Positions 43,070 through 54,651 of a stretch of DNA of 64,000 nt are shown one piece after another. The number at the start of each line of letters is the position of its first letter. Position 1 is the stretch's first letter. The DNA lies in the NCBI GenBank assembly GCA_963826785.1, contig CAWGYD010000010.1:128001-192000 (forward strand), given 5' to 3'. This DNA is from an uncultured delta proteobacterium (GTDB lineage: Bacteria; Desulfobacterota; Desulfobacteria; Desulfobacterales; Desulfosalsimonadaceae). The notes beneath the pieces were generated by a model. It had not been told where the DNA came from. It ran no database searches and saw nothing but the letters and a program-made list of their open reading frames with translations. The position numbers and the translations under genes are program-made.

Positions 43070-44934
43070 CGGGCATCCAGATCATCGATTTCTGCAAGCT
43101 GCCGGTCGAATTTTGCCTGTTTTTCGGAAAGCTGCCCGCTTGCCTGCTCCAGCCGGGAAAAGAGCGCATCGATTTTGGACTGGCAGCCGTGAATGGACTG
43201 GGCCAGTTCGCTGATGCGGGGTCCGTCCTGCTGTTCGGCGGCAGCCTGCATCTCGTGCTGCAGGCGGTTCAACTCGCGGTCCAGATCATCGATCTGGCTT
43301 TCCAGCCGCTCGGTCTCCTGTTGAAGCGGTTTTAACATCCGGCTCCTTTCGGCGACCAGGGCGGACCGGCGGCGTTTGAGTTCCTTCTTGTTTATTTGAA
43401 GATCGGGGACGTCCGCCAGGGGGGGCTGCCGGCCGGCGCTGATCCGATCTTCGCCCTCCCATCCCCGGACTTCCAGAAATCTCTGGTAGTCGCCTTCAAA
43501 TACCTCGATTCCATCTTTCTGAAAGATGATGAGGCGCTCGGCCAGTGCGTGGAGAAACATCTCATTATGCGTGACCATGATCACCGCCCCCGGAAACTGG
43601 TCGATGGCGGCCAGCATGGCATCGCACGATTCCATGTCGAAATGGTTGGTGGGCTCATCGAGCAGCAAAAGGTTGACCGGCGTGCCCAGAATCTTTCCCA
43701 GCATGACCCGGCTCTTTTCTCCGCCGGAGAGCACCCCGATTTTCTTGAGTGCCGCATCTCCTTCAAACAGCATGGCCCCGCAGATGTTTCTTGCATTCTG
43801 ATAATCGATATCCGGGTTTGAATAGCGGATCTCCTCCTCCACTGTGCGTGAATCCACCAGCGATTTCACATTGGTCTGCTCGAAATACCCGACGGTGGCT
43901 TCCGGATGCCACGATATCTCCCCTTTTCGAAGCGGCAGGTTTCCGGCGATCAGCTTCAGCAATGTGGTTTTCCCGGCACCGTTTCGCCCAATCACGCAGA
44001 TGCGGTCATTGGGGGCCACCGTGATGGAAAAATCAGAGATCAGCGGCCGATGATCTTCAAATCCGAAATGCAGGTGTTTGGCACCCAGCATATATTTGCC
44101 GTTGAACGGCTTGTAACGAAATGAAAAATCAAGCGATCTGAACTTGTCCAGCTTTTCCCTGCGGCCCAGTTTGTTCAAGGTCTTGATGCGGGATTGAACC
44201 ATGCCCGCCAGGCGCGCTTTGGCCCGGAACCGGGAGATGAATTCCTCGATTTCCTTCTTTCGCTTTTCTTCATTGACCCGCGTCTTTTCATGGATTTCCT
44301 CATCCTGGGCGATCTGCATGTAATACTTTTCCGTATTTCCGGCGATCTTCCGGGTCTTGCGGCGGTAAAGCCCCACCACATGGGTGACCAGCCGGTCCAT
44401 GAAGCTGCGGTTATGCGTGATCAGAAACAGTTCCCGGGGCCAGGCGGATAAAAAATTCTGAATCCACCGGATGGAAGTAATGTCCAGGTAATTGGTGGGT
44501 TCATCGAGCAGCAAAAGGTCGGGCTCGGACAGCAGGACCTTGGCCAGATTCAACCGGACCTGGTACCCGCCGGAAATGGACAGGGGCGATCCATTCATAT
44601 CGGTCTCGGAAAACCCAAGGCCTGAAAGGATCTTTTCCACCTTCCAGGAATGGGAAGCACTGTCCGGGGGAAGTCCTTTCATCCCCTCTTCCAGCACAGT
44701 GGGCGCGGTAAAATCGATTTCCTGGCGCACATACCCGATCCGGTAGTTTTTGGGCATGGAAATGGCGCCGGAATCCGGCTCGGCCAGCCCCGCGATCATC
44801 TTGAACAGCGTGGTTTTGCCGTGCCCGTTTCGGCCCACCAGGCCGACGCGTTCCTTGCGGTTGATCTTGAAACTCACGTTTTCAAACAGTATTTGATTCC
44901 CAAAGCTCTTGGAGAGGTTGTCGGCACTGATCAT
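43066..44934 (-). CDS. ABC-F family ATP-binding protein
   Basis: Two ABC domains (GRNGHGKTT/ISGGY/LDEPTN; GRNGAGKTT/LSGGE/LDEPTN), no TM, C-terminal coiled coil. Confidence 0.93.
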   Translation of the reverse strand: MISADNLSKSFGNQILFENVSFKINRKERVGLVGRNGHGKTTLFKMIAGLAEPDSGAISMPKNYRIGYVRQEIDFTAPTVLEEGMKGLPPDSASHSWKVEKILSGLGFSETDMNGSPLSISGGYQVRLNLAKVLLSEPDLLLLDEPTNYLDITSIRWIQNFLSAWPRELFLITHNRSFMDRLVTHVVGLYRRKTRKIAGNTEKYYMQIAQDEEIHEKTRVNEEKRKKEIEEFISRFRAKARLAGMVQSRIKTLNKLGRREKLDKFRSLDFSFRYKPFNGKYMLGAKHLHFGFEDHRPLISDFSITVAPNDRICVIGRNGAGKTTLLKLIAGNLPLRKGEISWHPEATVGYFEQTNVKSLVDSRTVEEEIRYSNPDIDYQNARNICGAMLFEGDAALKKIGVLSGGEKSRVMLGKILGTPVNLLLLDEPTNHFDMESCDAMLAAIDQFPGAVIMVTHNEMFLHALAERLIIFQKDGIEVFEGDYQRFLEVRGWEGEDRISAGRQPPLADVPDLQINKKELKRRRSALVAERSRMLKPLQQETERLESQIDDLDRELNRLQHEMQAAAEQQDGPRISELAQSIHGCQSKIDALFSRLEQASGQLSEKQAKFDRQLAEIDDLDAR

Positions 44935-44984
44935 GGATTTTTCAATCTTGTGGGGTTACATACCGGAAAGCAACGGTAAACAAA

Positions 44985-46388
44985 TCAATCAAAGGATTTT
45001 TCGATGGACAGCTTGCTGCAGCGGTAGCGCAGGGAACGCAGGGTGATGCCCAGAAGTTCGGCGGCCCGGTGTTTGTTGCCGCCCGAGGATTCCAGCGCTT
45101 TTTCGATATAGGCCCTTTCGATCTCTTCGATGATGGTGTCTAAAGAAACCCCCTGGGCGACATCCTCCAGATCGAAACGCCGTTCGGGAATGCCTTCGAT
45201 CCAGCGGCGCTTGTGCATGGAAAGGGACAGGCTGTCCGGAAGGATGATGTTGGTGGTGGAAAGGGCAACGCTGCGCTCGATGAGATTTTCGAGTTCCCGG
45301 ATATTTCCGGGAAAATCATATTTCTGGAGCAGGTCCACCGCATAGGAGGAGATCTTGGTGATCTCTTTTTCCGCCTCCCGGGAATACTTGTCCAGAAAGT
45401 ACTGGGCCAGGGCCTTGATATCGCCCTTGCGGTCTCTGAGCGGCGGCACTTTTATTTCCACCACATTGATGCGGTAGAACAGGTCTTCCCGGAAGCGGCC
45501 GGCGATGACCTCCTCTTCCAGTTTCTTGTTGGTGGCCGCCAGAATGCGGATATCGACAAAAATATCCTCATTGCTGCCGACCGGTTTGAAAGCCCGCTCC
45601 TGAACCACCCGCAGCAGTTTGACCTGCATCGGCCCACTGAGTTCGCCGATTTCATCGAGAAAGACGGTCCCCGTATGCGCGGAATCGAGCAACCCTTTGC
45701 GGTCCTGGTTGGCGCCGGTAAAAGCCCCCCGCCGATGGCCGAAAAACTCGCTCTCCATGAGCATTTCAGGTATAGAGCCGCAATTGACCACCACAAAAGG
45801 CTTATCGCTTCGGCTGCTCTTCTGGTGGATGGCCCGGGCAATGAGTTCTTTTCCGGTTCCGCTTTCTCCGGTGATCAGCACATTGGTCCGGGTTTTGGCC
45901 ACCTGCTCGACGATATCGTAGATGTATTCCATGCGAGGGCTGTTGCCCACCAGCAGCCCGAAATGGAGGTTCTTGCGGGTCTCGTCATCCAGGCTTCTTT
46001 TCTCATCGGACAGGGTCCGCAGATTGAGGGCTTTTGCGATGGTCTGCTTGAGTTCCCCGGTGTCGAAGGGTTTGGGAAGATAATCGAAGGCGCCCTCATT
46101 CATGGCTTCCACCGCATTTTCAGCCGTGGCATACGCGGAGATCATGATCACGATGGCCTGGGGCCGGATCATCTTGGCCTTGCGCAGCACGTCCAGTCCG
46201 CTGATATCTCCTAAGCGGATATCGCAAAGGATCAGGTCATAGGCCGCATCTTCCAGCAGGGCCACGGCCTTCCGGCCGTTTTCGGCGCATGAGACGGCAT
46301 ATCCGGCCTTTGAAAGCAGCAGTTCCAGAAACTCCCGCATACTGAGTTCGTCATCGACTACCAGGATATGCGGACGTGCTTCATTCAT
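44985..46388 (-). CDS. Sigma54-dependent response regulator (PilR/NtrC-like)
   Basis: Receiver (VVDDE, KPF), GESGTGKE, GAFTGA, Fis-type HTH. Confidence 0.93.
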   Translation of the reverse strand: MNEARPHILVVDDELSMREFLELLLSKAGYAVSCAENGRKAVALLEDAAYDLILCDIRLGDISGLDVLRKAKMIRPQAIVIMISAYATAENAVEAMNEGAFDYLPKPFDTGELKQTIAKALNLRTLSDEKRSLDDETRKNLHFGLLVGNSPRMEYIYDIVEQVAKTRTNVLITGESGTGKELIARAIHQKSSRSDKPFVVVNCGSIPEMLMESEFFGHRRGAFTGANQDRKGLLDSAHTGTVFLDEIGELSGPMQVKLLRVVQERAFKPVGSNEDIFVDIRILAATNKKLEEEVIAGRFREDLFYRINVVEIKVPPLRDRKGDIKALAQYFLDKYSREAEKEITKISSYAVDLLQKYDFPGNIRELENLIERSVALSTTNIILPDSLSLSMHKRRWIEGIPERRFDLEDVAQGVSLDTIIEEIERAYIEKALESSGGNKHRAAELLGITLRSLRYRCSKLSIEKSFD

Positions 46389-46408
46389 AGGGGCATGTCA
46401 TGATCAGT

Positions 46409-47677
46409 TCAAGCTTCATAAACGATTTTGCCATCCACGATGGTGCATACGGCCCGCCCGGTAAATTCCCACCCGTCAAAAGGGGTATTGCGGCTTCGGG
46501 AGAGCCCCCTGGCGGCATCATAAATCCAGGTGCGTTCCGGATGGATGATGGTCAGGTGGGCCTCGGCTCCGGCGGCGATCGTACGGGGTATTCCCAGGAT
46601 CTGCGCCGGACGCGTAGCCATGGCATCGATGAGCCGGTCAAGAGAGATAATGTTGTTTCGGACCAGGTTCAATCCCAGCCCCAGAGCGGTTTCCAGGCCG
46701 ATGATGCCGTTTGCCGCCGCATCGAATTCCAGGTCCTTTTCCAGCATGGAATGGGGCGCATGATCCGTGGCGATGATGTCGATCGTTTTGTCGGCAAGGC
46801 CGGCACGGACCGACTCACGGTCTTGTTCGGTGCGCAGCGGCGGATTCATTTTGGCATGGGTGTTATACCCGATCACCGCTTCATCGGTAAGTGTCAGGTA
46901 ATGGGGTGCGGTTTCGGCGGTGACAGCGATCCCCTTTTCCCGGGCGGTGCGGATGGCATCCACCGATTGGCGGGTGCTGACGTGTGCGATATGGACGGGC
47001 GATCCGGTCAATTCAGCAAGAAGGATGTCTCTTTGCACCATCACCGCTTCTGCGGCATTGGGAATTCCGGAAAGTCCCAGGCGGGTGGCCACCGTGCCTT
47101 CATTCATGACCCCGTCAGACAAGAAGCGCTCCTCGCAATGCGAGATCACCGGCAGCCCGACGCCATAAGCGTACTCCATGGCCCGGCGCATGAGCTGGGC
47201 ATCTGAAACCGGGTGCCCGTCGTCGGATATGGCAATGGCACCGGCGTCTTTGAGATCCCCGTACTCGCACAGGTCGGTTCCCTTCAGTCCGGTGCTGATG
47301 GCCGCCACCGGGTACACCTTGACGGAATCCAGCCGCCTGGCGGTGTCGATGATATATTCGGTCACCTGACGGTTGTCATTGACCGGACGGGTGTTGGGCA
47401 TGCAGCAGATGGCGGTGAACCCGCCGGCTGCGGCCGCCAAAACACCGGTGGCAATGGTTTCCTTGTACTCCTCGCCGGGTTCGCGAAGATGCACGTGCAT
47501 ATCGATAAGACCCGGCACGACATAACATCCAGACGCATCGACAATGATGCTGTCTTCGGGATCGCTCGGCGTGCGATTATCCACCCTGCTGATGCGGCCA
47601 TTTTCAATTTCAATATCCATGATGCCGTCAAGACGGCCCGGATCGATGACGCGGCCGCCTTTAATCCATATCCGCAC
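46409..47677 (-). CDS. pyrC: Dihydroorotase
   Basis: [31 protein letters not shown] start with AGGAGG RBS. Confidence 0.95.
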   Translation of the reverse strand: MRIWIKGGRVIDPGRLDGIMDIEIENGRISRVDNRTPSDPEDSIIVDASGCYVVPGLIDMHVHLREPGEEYKETIATGVLAAAAGGFTAICCMPNTRPVNDNRQVTEYIIDTARRLDSVKVYPVAAISTGLKGTDLCEYGDLKDAGAIAISDDGHPVSDAQLMRRAMEYAYGVGLPVISHCEERFLSDGVMNEGTVATRLGLSGIPNAAEAVMVQRDILLAELTGSPVHIAHVSTRQSVDAIRTAREKGIAVTAETAPHYLTLTDEAVIGYNTHAKMNPPLRTEQDRESVRAGLADKTIDIIATDHAPHSMLEKDLEFDAAANGIIGLETALGLGLNLVRNNIISLDRLIDAMATRPAQILGIPRTIAAGAEAHLTIIHPERTWIYDAARGLSRSRNTPFDGWEFTGRAVCTIVDGKIVYEA

Positions 47678-48599
47678 TGCGCAATCCTCCTGCAAGCAAA
47701 TACAACAGCGACATGCGCACGGCGACGCCGTTGGTCACCTGGTCGAGTATGACCGACCGGGAGCCGTCGGCGATCTCCGGGGGCAGTTCAACGCCCCGGT
47801 TCACCGGACCGGGATGCATGACCAGCACATCCGGTTTGGCCCGGGCCAGCCGGGCGGCACTGAGGCCAAAGCGGCGGGCATACTCCCGCTCGGACGGAAA
47901 AAGGTAATTCTGCTGCCGTTCTTTTTGAATCCGCAGCATGATGATCACATCGGCATCTTTGACGGCCGCATCCATGTCGGGGGCAACCTCCGCGCCGAGG
48001 GTTTCGATCCCCATGGGGATCATGGTGGGCGGCCCTGCCAGGCGTACATGGGCCCCCATACGGGTGAATCCGGTCACATCGGAGCGGGCGACCCGGCTGC
48101 GGGCGATATCGCCCACGATGGCGATTTTGAGATTCGAAAAAGACCCTTTTTTTTCACGGACGGTCATCATGTCCAGAAGCGCCTGGGTGGGATGGGCGTG
48201 CATGCCGTCACCTGCGTTGATCACAGAGGCGGACAGCCGGTCGGCCAGAAGGTGCGGCGCCCCGGCCGCCGCGTGGCGGATGACCAGGATGTCCGGTTTC
48301 ATGGCCTCGATATTCTTTGCCGTATCGATCAGGGTCTCGCCCTTGACCATGGAACTGGTGGAGGCGGATATGGAAATGGAATCCGCGGACAGGCGCTTGG
48401 CGGCCATATCGAAGGATATGCGGGTCCGGGTGCTGGGTTCATGGAAAAACAGGACCACGGTTTTTCCCCTCAGCGTGGGCACCTTCTTGATGGGCCGGCC
48501 GAGGATTTCCTTCAAGCTGTCGGCGGTGTCTAAAATGGTGGCAATTTCCTCGACCGAGAGCGATTCCATGTCCAGAATGTCTTTTTTGGACCACGCCAT
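47661..48599 (-). CDS. pyrB: Aspartate carbamoyltransferase
   Basis: [25 protein letters not shown]. Confidence 0.97.
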   Translation of the reverse strand: MAWSKKDILDMESLSVEEIATILDTADSLKEILGRPIKKVPTLRGKTVVLFFHEPSTRTRISFDMAAKRLSADSISISASTSSMVKGETLIDTAKNIEAMKPDILVIRHAAAGAPHLLADRLSASVINAGDGMHAHPTQALLDMMTVREKKGSFSNLKIAIVGDIARSRVARSDVTGFTRMGAHVRLAGPPTMIPMGIETLGAEVAPDMDAAVKDADVIIMLRIQKERQQNYLFPSEREYARRFGLSAARLARAKPDVLVMHPGPVNRGVELPPEIADGSRSVILDQVTNGVAVRMSLLYLLAGGLRSADMD

Positions 48600-48614
48600 G
48601 CGCTGTATCCGAAT

Positions 48615-49256
48615 CTATTTAAGCAGTGAACCGATACGCCCCCACCGGACATCGAAATCCTGCCGGTCCCAGGACCAGTAGATGATAAAGGCTTTTCCCT
48701 TGACGGCATCCTGGCCAACAAATCCCCAGAACCGGCTGTCATAGCTGTTGTCCCGGTTGTCACCCATGACGAAATAGGAATCCGGCGGCACCGTGACCGG
48801 CCCGAAATTGTCCCGGGGTGAGGAACTGCCCGGCAGGACGCGCGATTCCGTGTGCACGCCGAAATCGTGATTGAGCGGTTGATGGTTTACAAAGACCTTT
48901 TTGTCCCGGACTTCCACCACATCGCCCGGCGTTCCGATGACCCGTTTGATAAAATCTTTATCCGGATCTTCGGGATATTCAAACACGATGATATCTCCCT
49001 GATGCGGATCACCTATGGGAATGAGTGTTTTTCCCGTATAGGGCAGTTTCACCCCGTATATGAATTTATTGACCAGGATATGATCGCCGATCTGCAAAGT
49101 CGGCTGCATGGAGCCGGAAGGAATCTTAAATGCCTGCACCACAAATGTGCGGATGAACAGGGCAAGCACAATTGCGATGAGTATGGCTTCCACATTTTCC
49201 CGGAGTTTGGATTTGGGCCGGGACTTGTCCGCATCGGCATGTTTTATTTTGTTCAA
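48615..49256 (-). CDS. lepB: Signal peptidase I
   Basis: IPSGSMQPTL, FIKRVIG, GDNRDNSYDSR. Confidence 0.95.
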   Translation of the reverse strand: MNKIKHADADKSRPKSKLRENVEAILIAIVLALFIRTFVVQAFKIPSGSMQPTLQIGDHILVNKFIYGVKLPYTGKTLIPIGDPHQGDIIVFEYPEDPDKDFIKRVIGTPGDVVEVRDKKVFVNHQPLNHDFGVHTESRVLPGSSSPRDNFGPVTVPPDSYFVMGDNRDNSYDSRFWGFVGQDAVKGKAFIIYWSWDRQDFDVRWGRIGSLLK

Positions 49257-49272
49257 GTGAATTCAGTCCTTT

Positions 49273-50442
49273 TTATTTGGCCGGAAGTGTAAACTGGGGC
49301 TCTCCCAGCTGAAAGCGTCCGGCTTTGATCCAATCTTTTAAGATATCGGCAATTTCTCTTGCCTTCACCATGCTGGAAAGCGGCACGGTGGGAATCTCAT
49401 TGCCGTTGAACACGATGCTTCCGCTCTTTAACTGGGCGTAGCTGACGTATCCGTAATTTTTGCTGATGCCATTGGGGTAATCATGTCCGTAATCCACGAT
49501 CTGAGTCATGATCTGATCGTCGGATACAGCGGCATATCGCGCGATGTCCTCATTGAGCAGCGGAATGGGCACACCGATGCCCACGGCCAGTGACACCCCG
49601 TAACCCTGAAGGCTGACCCCAACCAGCCACCCCGGCTTCATCTGTTTCAGATCACCCATTACCCACAGGGTGCCCGAGGGGGTCAGGGGGATGCCGTTTT
49701 CCGCCCGGGGGGCCGCTGGATTGTGCTGTGTACCGTGCCAGACGACGTATCCTTCCCCCCCGCCCAGGAATATGCGCGTTCCCAGGCCGATGGTTTTATA
49801 ATAAGGATCTTTAAACAGCGGACTCAACTGCCCCGAGGTGGAATAATTGGCGTTTCCGGCCTTGGGGCGCAGCGTCCCCATATAGGTGTAAATCGTCTTG
49901 TTGCTTGAATTAATGGCGCAGTTATAATTCTGATATCCATTTCTCGGATTGCACAGGGTCGCCTGGGGCAGGGACTTTAAGTTGATTTCCTTTTCAATCT
50001 CCCGGTTGGGATAGCAGGAGGTGCCGTATCCTTTGGCCCTCAGGTGAACCGTCTGACCGGATACCAGGTCCTGAATGACATGTCCGCCGCCGTAGGTGAA
50101 TTCTCCCGGCCAGACCTTGTTCAGCGGGTCCTCCTCGCAGGTCTCGGTGGCGCCGAGATAGCAGTCCACCGCCGCCAGGCCCGCATAGGCGGGGACGTTG
50201 TTGAGCCATACCTTGGAGGCCTTGATGGTGGGGACGCTCTGTCCGAAGTTAATGAAGGCACCGGACGAACACATGGGGGCAAAGGTCGCCGTGGTCACCA
50301 CGTCGATGTTTCGCGCGGCTTCCACCGGGCCTTGCTCACGTACGATGTCGATGATCTCTTCGCCGGTGACCACCACCACGTCACCGGATCGGATCTTTTC
50401 ATTGATTTGCGCGTAGGTCTTATTGATTTTAAATTTCGGCAT
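49273..50442 (-). CDS. DUF39 homocysteine biosynthesis protein (aspartate-semialdehyde sulfurtransferase family)
   Basis: INEKIRSG, DVVTTATFAPMCSSGA, YGGGHVI, NPRNGYQNY, IYTYMG. Confidence 0.85.
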   Translation of the reverse strand: MPKFKINKTYAQINEKIRSGDVVVVTGEEIIDIVREQGPVEAARNIDVVTTATFAPMCSSGAFINFGQSVPTIKASKVWLNNVPAYAGLAAVDCYLGATETCEEDPLNKVWPGEFTYGGGHVIQDLVSGQTVHLRAKGYGTSCYPNREIEKEINLKSLPQATLCNPRNGYQNYNCAINSSNKTIYTYMGTLRPKAGNANYSTSGQLSPLFKDPYYKTIGLGTRIFLGGGEGYVVWHGTQHNPAAPRAENGIPLTPSGTLWVMGDLKQMKPGWLVGVSLQGYGVSLAVGIGVPIPLLNEDIARYAAVSDDQIMTQIVDYGHDYPNGISKNYGYVSYAQLKSGSIVFNGNEIPTVPLSSMVKAREIADILKDWIKAGRFQLGEPQFTLPAK

Positions 50443-50483
50443 ATGATGAATGCTCCTGGCATCCGCCCGTTTTCACAAGCATA

Positions 50484-51864
50484 TTATTGCACAAGGTCTG
50501 CCTGAACGGCCTCAATTTTTCCGGTGACATTATTCTTGATCCACTGGTCATCCCACCATTCCAGGGGATTGACAAAGACATGATCCACAAACATTCCGAA
50601 ATGCAGGTGGTCGCCGCCGGCAAGCCCCGTGCTTCCGCTCAGTCCGATCACCTCTCCTTTTTCCACCATCTGTTGAGGCTTCACCTTGATCTGGCTCATA
50701 TGTCCGTAGATGCTGAACAGTCCGTATCCATGATCGATGCAGACCAGGTTGCCGTATATGCCCACCGGCCCGGCAAATACGACTTTGCCGCGATTGGCGG
50801 CCGGAATTTCGGCATGTTCCAGTGAGGCCAGGTCGACGCCCAGATGGACCGCCCGGTCAATAATCTCGTCGTTGTACCGGTATTGCCGCTGATCTGCGAA
50901 ACCGGCCCGGGTCGCGGAATTGGGCAATCGCAAAAATTCGCCTTTCCAAAAGAGCACCGAATCGGTTTTCCGACCGTTTCCCAAAATGATCTCATTGTTT
51001 CTCCGGCGCAGTTCCTGATTGATAAACAAAAACTGGTCCACTGGCGAAGCGGATCGGGGAAGCCCCTCGACGGCGTAAAATTCCGGCAGAATTGAGGAGA
51101 TGAAACTGTCGGATATGGAAATGATATCCGTCTTGAAGCTTTTTTTCCGGATGTGATGATAAAATCCCGCTCTTGCCGAGTTACCGGCGGCATCGAGGGC
51201 TCTAATGTATAGTTCGGTGCCGGGCCCCTGGTCCGTTTTCAGGGCGAAGAAGGCCATATAAATTTCAGGATCGGTGAAATGGCCGCTGTATCCGGGAAAG
51301 AATTGAGTTCCCACGACCACCCCGCTGGTGCTGCAGGGCTCGGAAAGCCGATAGATGACCAGCCCCGCGCCTCCCGGCGTGAGATTGTGCGCAGTGGACA
51401 AGACATTGACCCCGGGCGGCTTGGAATCAAATGTGATCTCTTTTTCGACATAGGCGTGGTTTCCTTTCCACCAGTGCCGCCAGGAATGGTCCCATGCCGC
51501 GATTCTAAGTTGCCCGGTGCCGTCTGAAATTCCCAGTTGCGCGGATATTGAGTGAAATTTTAAAGGGGACCGCGCCTGCCTTGGGGCGGGAGGTGAAATT
51601 CTTTTCGAGTAAAACAGTTTCTTTGCCATCTTTCAACAGGCCGATCCACAGCTTGGACAGGCCGCTCTGGGAATCGGATACCTGACCGTTGATTTCCGAT
51701 TGCGCCGGCAGAACAAAAGATTTCAGTTCCATGGAAATCTTGGGGGGGGTTCCCTCCAGCCGGGTCAGCATCAGCCACCCCCCGACGGTAATAATAAGAA
51801 TGCCGATGAATATCAGCAGCGCTTTTTTATATGTCCCCCTCCGGTCTTTTTGCTTGAACGTCAT
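50484..51864 (-). CDS. M23 family metallopeptidase (~459 aa), apparent +1 frameshift near 51545
   Basis: N-terminal TM in ORF 51505-51864; HLGVD, YGHMS and HLHF in ORF 50484-51629. Confidence 0.85.
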
Positions 51865-52105
51865 TCATACCCTTTCCGGTGGTGCATTCTGGTCAAAAAA
51901 ATTAACATTAATTAGCAGGAACAGCACTTGTTGGCAAGGTCTTATTTTCGTATCTTGACTTTTGGAGGTGCGCAGGGTAACAGTCGAATGCACTTGGCCG
52001 GCGCCGCTGTCATTGCTGTGGGTGCCCTTATGTACAGATGATATTCAATGCGGTGATTGAATAGCGGATGTACAATGCACTAACGATATTAACGATGGAA
52101 GACCA

Positions 52106-52942
52106 ATGACATTTCCAGTCAACATCGAAGAGATTGCGGTGGGGCGCCCCGCCCCTTTTTTGCTGATCGCCGGCCCCTGTGTCATCGAAGATGCCGAAAG
52201 CTGCCGTGCAATTGCCTCCTTTTTGAAAGAGATTACCGATAAACTGGGTATTCCCTTCATTTTCAAGGCCTCCTATGACAAGGCCAACCGGACCAGTATC
52301 GATTCATTCCGGGGCCCGGGCCTGGAGAAAGGGCTCGATATTCTCTCCGGCATCCGCAGGGATTTCGGCGTGAAGGTGTTATCCGATGTCCATCAGGTGC
52401 GTGAAATCGAAGCCGCCGGAAAAGTGCTCGATGTGCTTCAGATACCCGCCTTTTTATGCCGGCAGACCGACCTGCTGGTGGCTGCGGCGCAGACCGGCAA
52501 GCCGGTCAACATCAAGAAAGGACAGTTTCTCGCGCCTGCGGATATGACCCATGTGGTCAACAAAGTGGTCGCCTCCGGCAACCGGCGGATTCTGCTGACC
52601 GAACGCGGCGCCATGTTCGGATATAACAACCTGGTGACCGATTTCAGGAGCATCCGCATTATGCAGGAAACGGGTTTTCCGGTCATTTTCGATGCCACCC
52701 ACAGCGTTCAACTGCCGGGCGGCTCAGGCGCATCAAGCGGAGGACAGCGTGAATTCGCCCCCGTTCTCGCCCGTGCCGCCATCGCCGCCGGTGCAGACGG
52801 CATTTTCATGGAAGTCCATCCGGACCCGGACAAAGCCTTATCCGATGGCCCCAATGCCCTGCCCCTGGATCGGGTCGCGCCCCTGCTGACCGGGTTGAAG
52901 GCCATTCAAGAGGCGATAGACGGCCCGGCACGAAACAAATGA
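52106..52942 (+). CDS. kdsA: KDO8P synthase
   Basis: [31 protein letters not shown]. Confidence 0.97.
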   Translation: MTFPVNIEEIAVGRPAPFLLIAGPCVIEDAESCRAIASFLKEITDKLGIPFIFKASYDKANRTSIDSFRGPGLEKGLDILSGIRRDFGVKVLSDVHQVREIEAAGKVLDVLQIPAFLCRQTDLLVAAAQTGKPVNIKKGQFLAPADMTHVVNKVVASGNRRILLTERGAMFGYNNLVTDFRSIRIMQETGFPVIFDATHSVQLPGGSGASSGGQREFAPVLARAAIAAGADGIFMEVHPDPDKALSDGPNALPLDRVAPLLTGLKAIQEAIDGPARNK

Positions 52943-53011
52943 ATCTTAATTTAACAAATTTGCTTTAAATCAGATCAATTAAGCATTATCATTTAAAGTA
53001 CAATATTTGCT

Positions 53012-53527
53012 TTGGAAGACAAACTACTCGAAAATATCGATTTGCTGCTTTTAGATGTTGACGGCGTTCTGACCCGCGGCGATATCAGCTACACGGATGA
53101 TCAGTCTGAGAGCAAGGTGTTCAATGTAAAGGACGGATTGGGCATCCGGTTGCTCATGCAGGCCGGCATTCCGGTGGCAATTGTTACGGGCCGGTCATCG
53201 AAAGCCCTTTATCGCCGCTGTGATGATTTGGGCATCACGCTGATACGCGATGGTGTGGCCCGGAAAGAGAGTATTCTTGATGACGTGGTGCAAGAAACGG
53301 GCATATCTCCCGATCGGATGGGGTTCATGGGGGATGATCTCCCCGATATCGGTCTGATGAAAAAAATCGGGGTGGGCATCGCCGTAGCCGATGCGCATCC
53401 ACTGGTAAAGCAATATGCCCGCCTGACCACCCGCTGCCGGGGCGGAGAGGGTGCTGTTCGTGAAATCTGCGAGGGGATTCTTACGGCAAAGAATCTATTG
53501 GCGGGTCTGGTTGCAATGTGGACATAA
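53012..53527 (+). CDS. kdsC: KDO8P phosphatase
   Basis: DVDGVLT, FNVKDG, GDDLPD, GGEGAVRE. Confidence 0.93.
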   Translation: MEDKLLENIDLLLLDVDGVLTRGDISYTDDQSESKVFNVKDGLGIRLLMQAGIPVAIVTGRSSKALYRRCDDLGITLIRDGVARKESILDDVVQETGISPDRMGFMGDDLPDIGLMKKIGVGIAVADAHPLVKQYARLTTRCRGGEGAVREICEGILTAKNLLAGLVAMWT

Positions 53528-54108
53528 CCGGTTTTCTGGAAAATTTGCCGCGCAAATTCATCTTTCTCCTGATCGGGTTGCTGATCGGCCTGCTGGCAGT
53601 TGTGGGCTTTCTTCTGGTAAATCACCAGATGCATTCGGGAATCATCGATCAGGCGCTTACCCCGGCCGATCCCGAAGCCAGTCTGACCATCCGCCATTTT
53701 CAGCATAATGCGGTAAAGGAAGGCCGAAAGCAGTGGTCCCTTTCCGCTGCCGCAGCAAGCATGTATGCCAAACAGAATAAGGTCCGGCTGACCGAGATCA
53801 CCGCTGAATTCTATCTGGATGACGGACGGATCGTGACCCTGAATGCAGACGAGGGAGAGCTTGAGATCGATACCGATCATATCACCGCCACTGGACATGT
53901 AATGGTTAAAATGCCCGGATATTCACTGAAAAGCGAAAGCTTGCAATATATGTCCGAACCCAATATAATACGCTCAGACCAGCCGGTGACGGTTATTGCG
54001 CCATCGGGGCATCTGACGGCAGACACGATGACCTATCACCTGGATACGAAACTGTTAATCTGTGAAGGAGATGTAAAGGGCACCCTGCATGCGGCTGAAA
54101 AACCATAA
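53518..54108 (+). CDS. lptC: LPS export protein LptC
   Basis: N-terminal TM, beta-jellyroll pattern, position between kdsC and lptA. Confidence 0.85.
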   Translation: MDITGFLENLPRKFIFLLIGLLIGLLAVVGFLLVNHQMHSGIIDQALTPADPEASLTIRHFQHNAVKEGRKQWSLSAAAASMYAKQNKVRLTEITAEFYLDDGRIVTLNADEGELEIDTDHITATGHVMVKMPGYSLKSESLQYMSEPNIIRSDQPVTVIAPSGHLTADTMTYHLDTKLLICEGDVKGTLHAAEKP

Positions 54109-54646
54109 TCGCCATTTGCGATTTATACCCATCTTCCTGTTGTTGACGCTGTCGGTCTGGGTTTCGATCACGTGTGCCGCTGAAGCGGAAATGAAGCAAC
54201 CGGCCCCCGGCGCGGATCAGCCCATCGATATCACCGCGGACAAACTGATCGCCAACCAGAACGCCGCTTTCGTCGAATTTTCCGGCAATGTCAAGGCCGT
54301 TCAGGGGCAGACCACCATCATCGCGGACAATTTGAAGGTGTTCTACCAGGAATCGTCTGATGCTAATGCCCAGGTGGGTCAGGACCGTATCAAACAGATT
54401 ACGGCCACCGGTCATGTAAACATCCGGATGGAGGATAAACAGGCGCAGTGTGAAGAGGCTGTCTATCTCGCTCCATCCCAGACGATTATTCTCAGCGGTC
54501 AAAATACGCGTCTGCAAAGCCAGAACAACACGATCACGGGGGAGAAAATCACCATTTACCAGAAAACGGGACAGATCATTGTGGAAGGCGGTGAAAACCG
54601 CGTCAATGCTGTTTTTCAACCCGATTCCGCCAAATCGGCCCCATAG
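54089..54646 (+). CDS. lptA: LPS transport periplasmic protein LptA
   Basis: Signal peptide; PIDITAD, FSGNVKAVQG, ITGEKI; synteny. Confidence 0.9.
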   Translation: MRLKNHNRHLRFIPIFLLLTLSVWVSITCAAEAEMKQPAPGADQPIDITADKLIANQNAAFVEFSGNVKAVQGQTTIIADNLKVFYQESSDANAQVGQDRIKQITATGHVNIRMEDKQAQCEEAVYLAPSQTIILSGQNTRLQSQNNTITGEKITIYQKTGQIIVEGGENRVNAVFQPDSAKSAP

Positions 54647-54651
54647 ACGAA

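Noticed and set aside
51925..51950. Sigma54 promoter (TTGGCA...)
   Set aside because: The -12 TTGC element is missing at the required spacing.
52960..53000. AT-rich inverted repeat / Fur-box-like half site between kdsA and kdsC
   Set aside because: Only a partial match in low-complexity AT-rich DNA.
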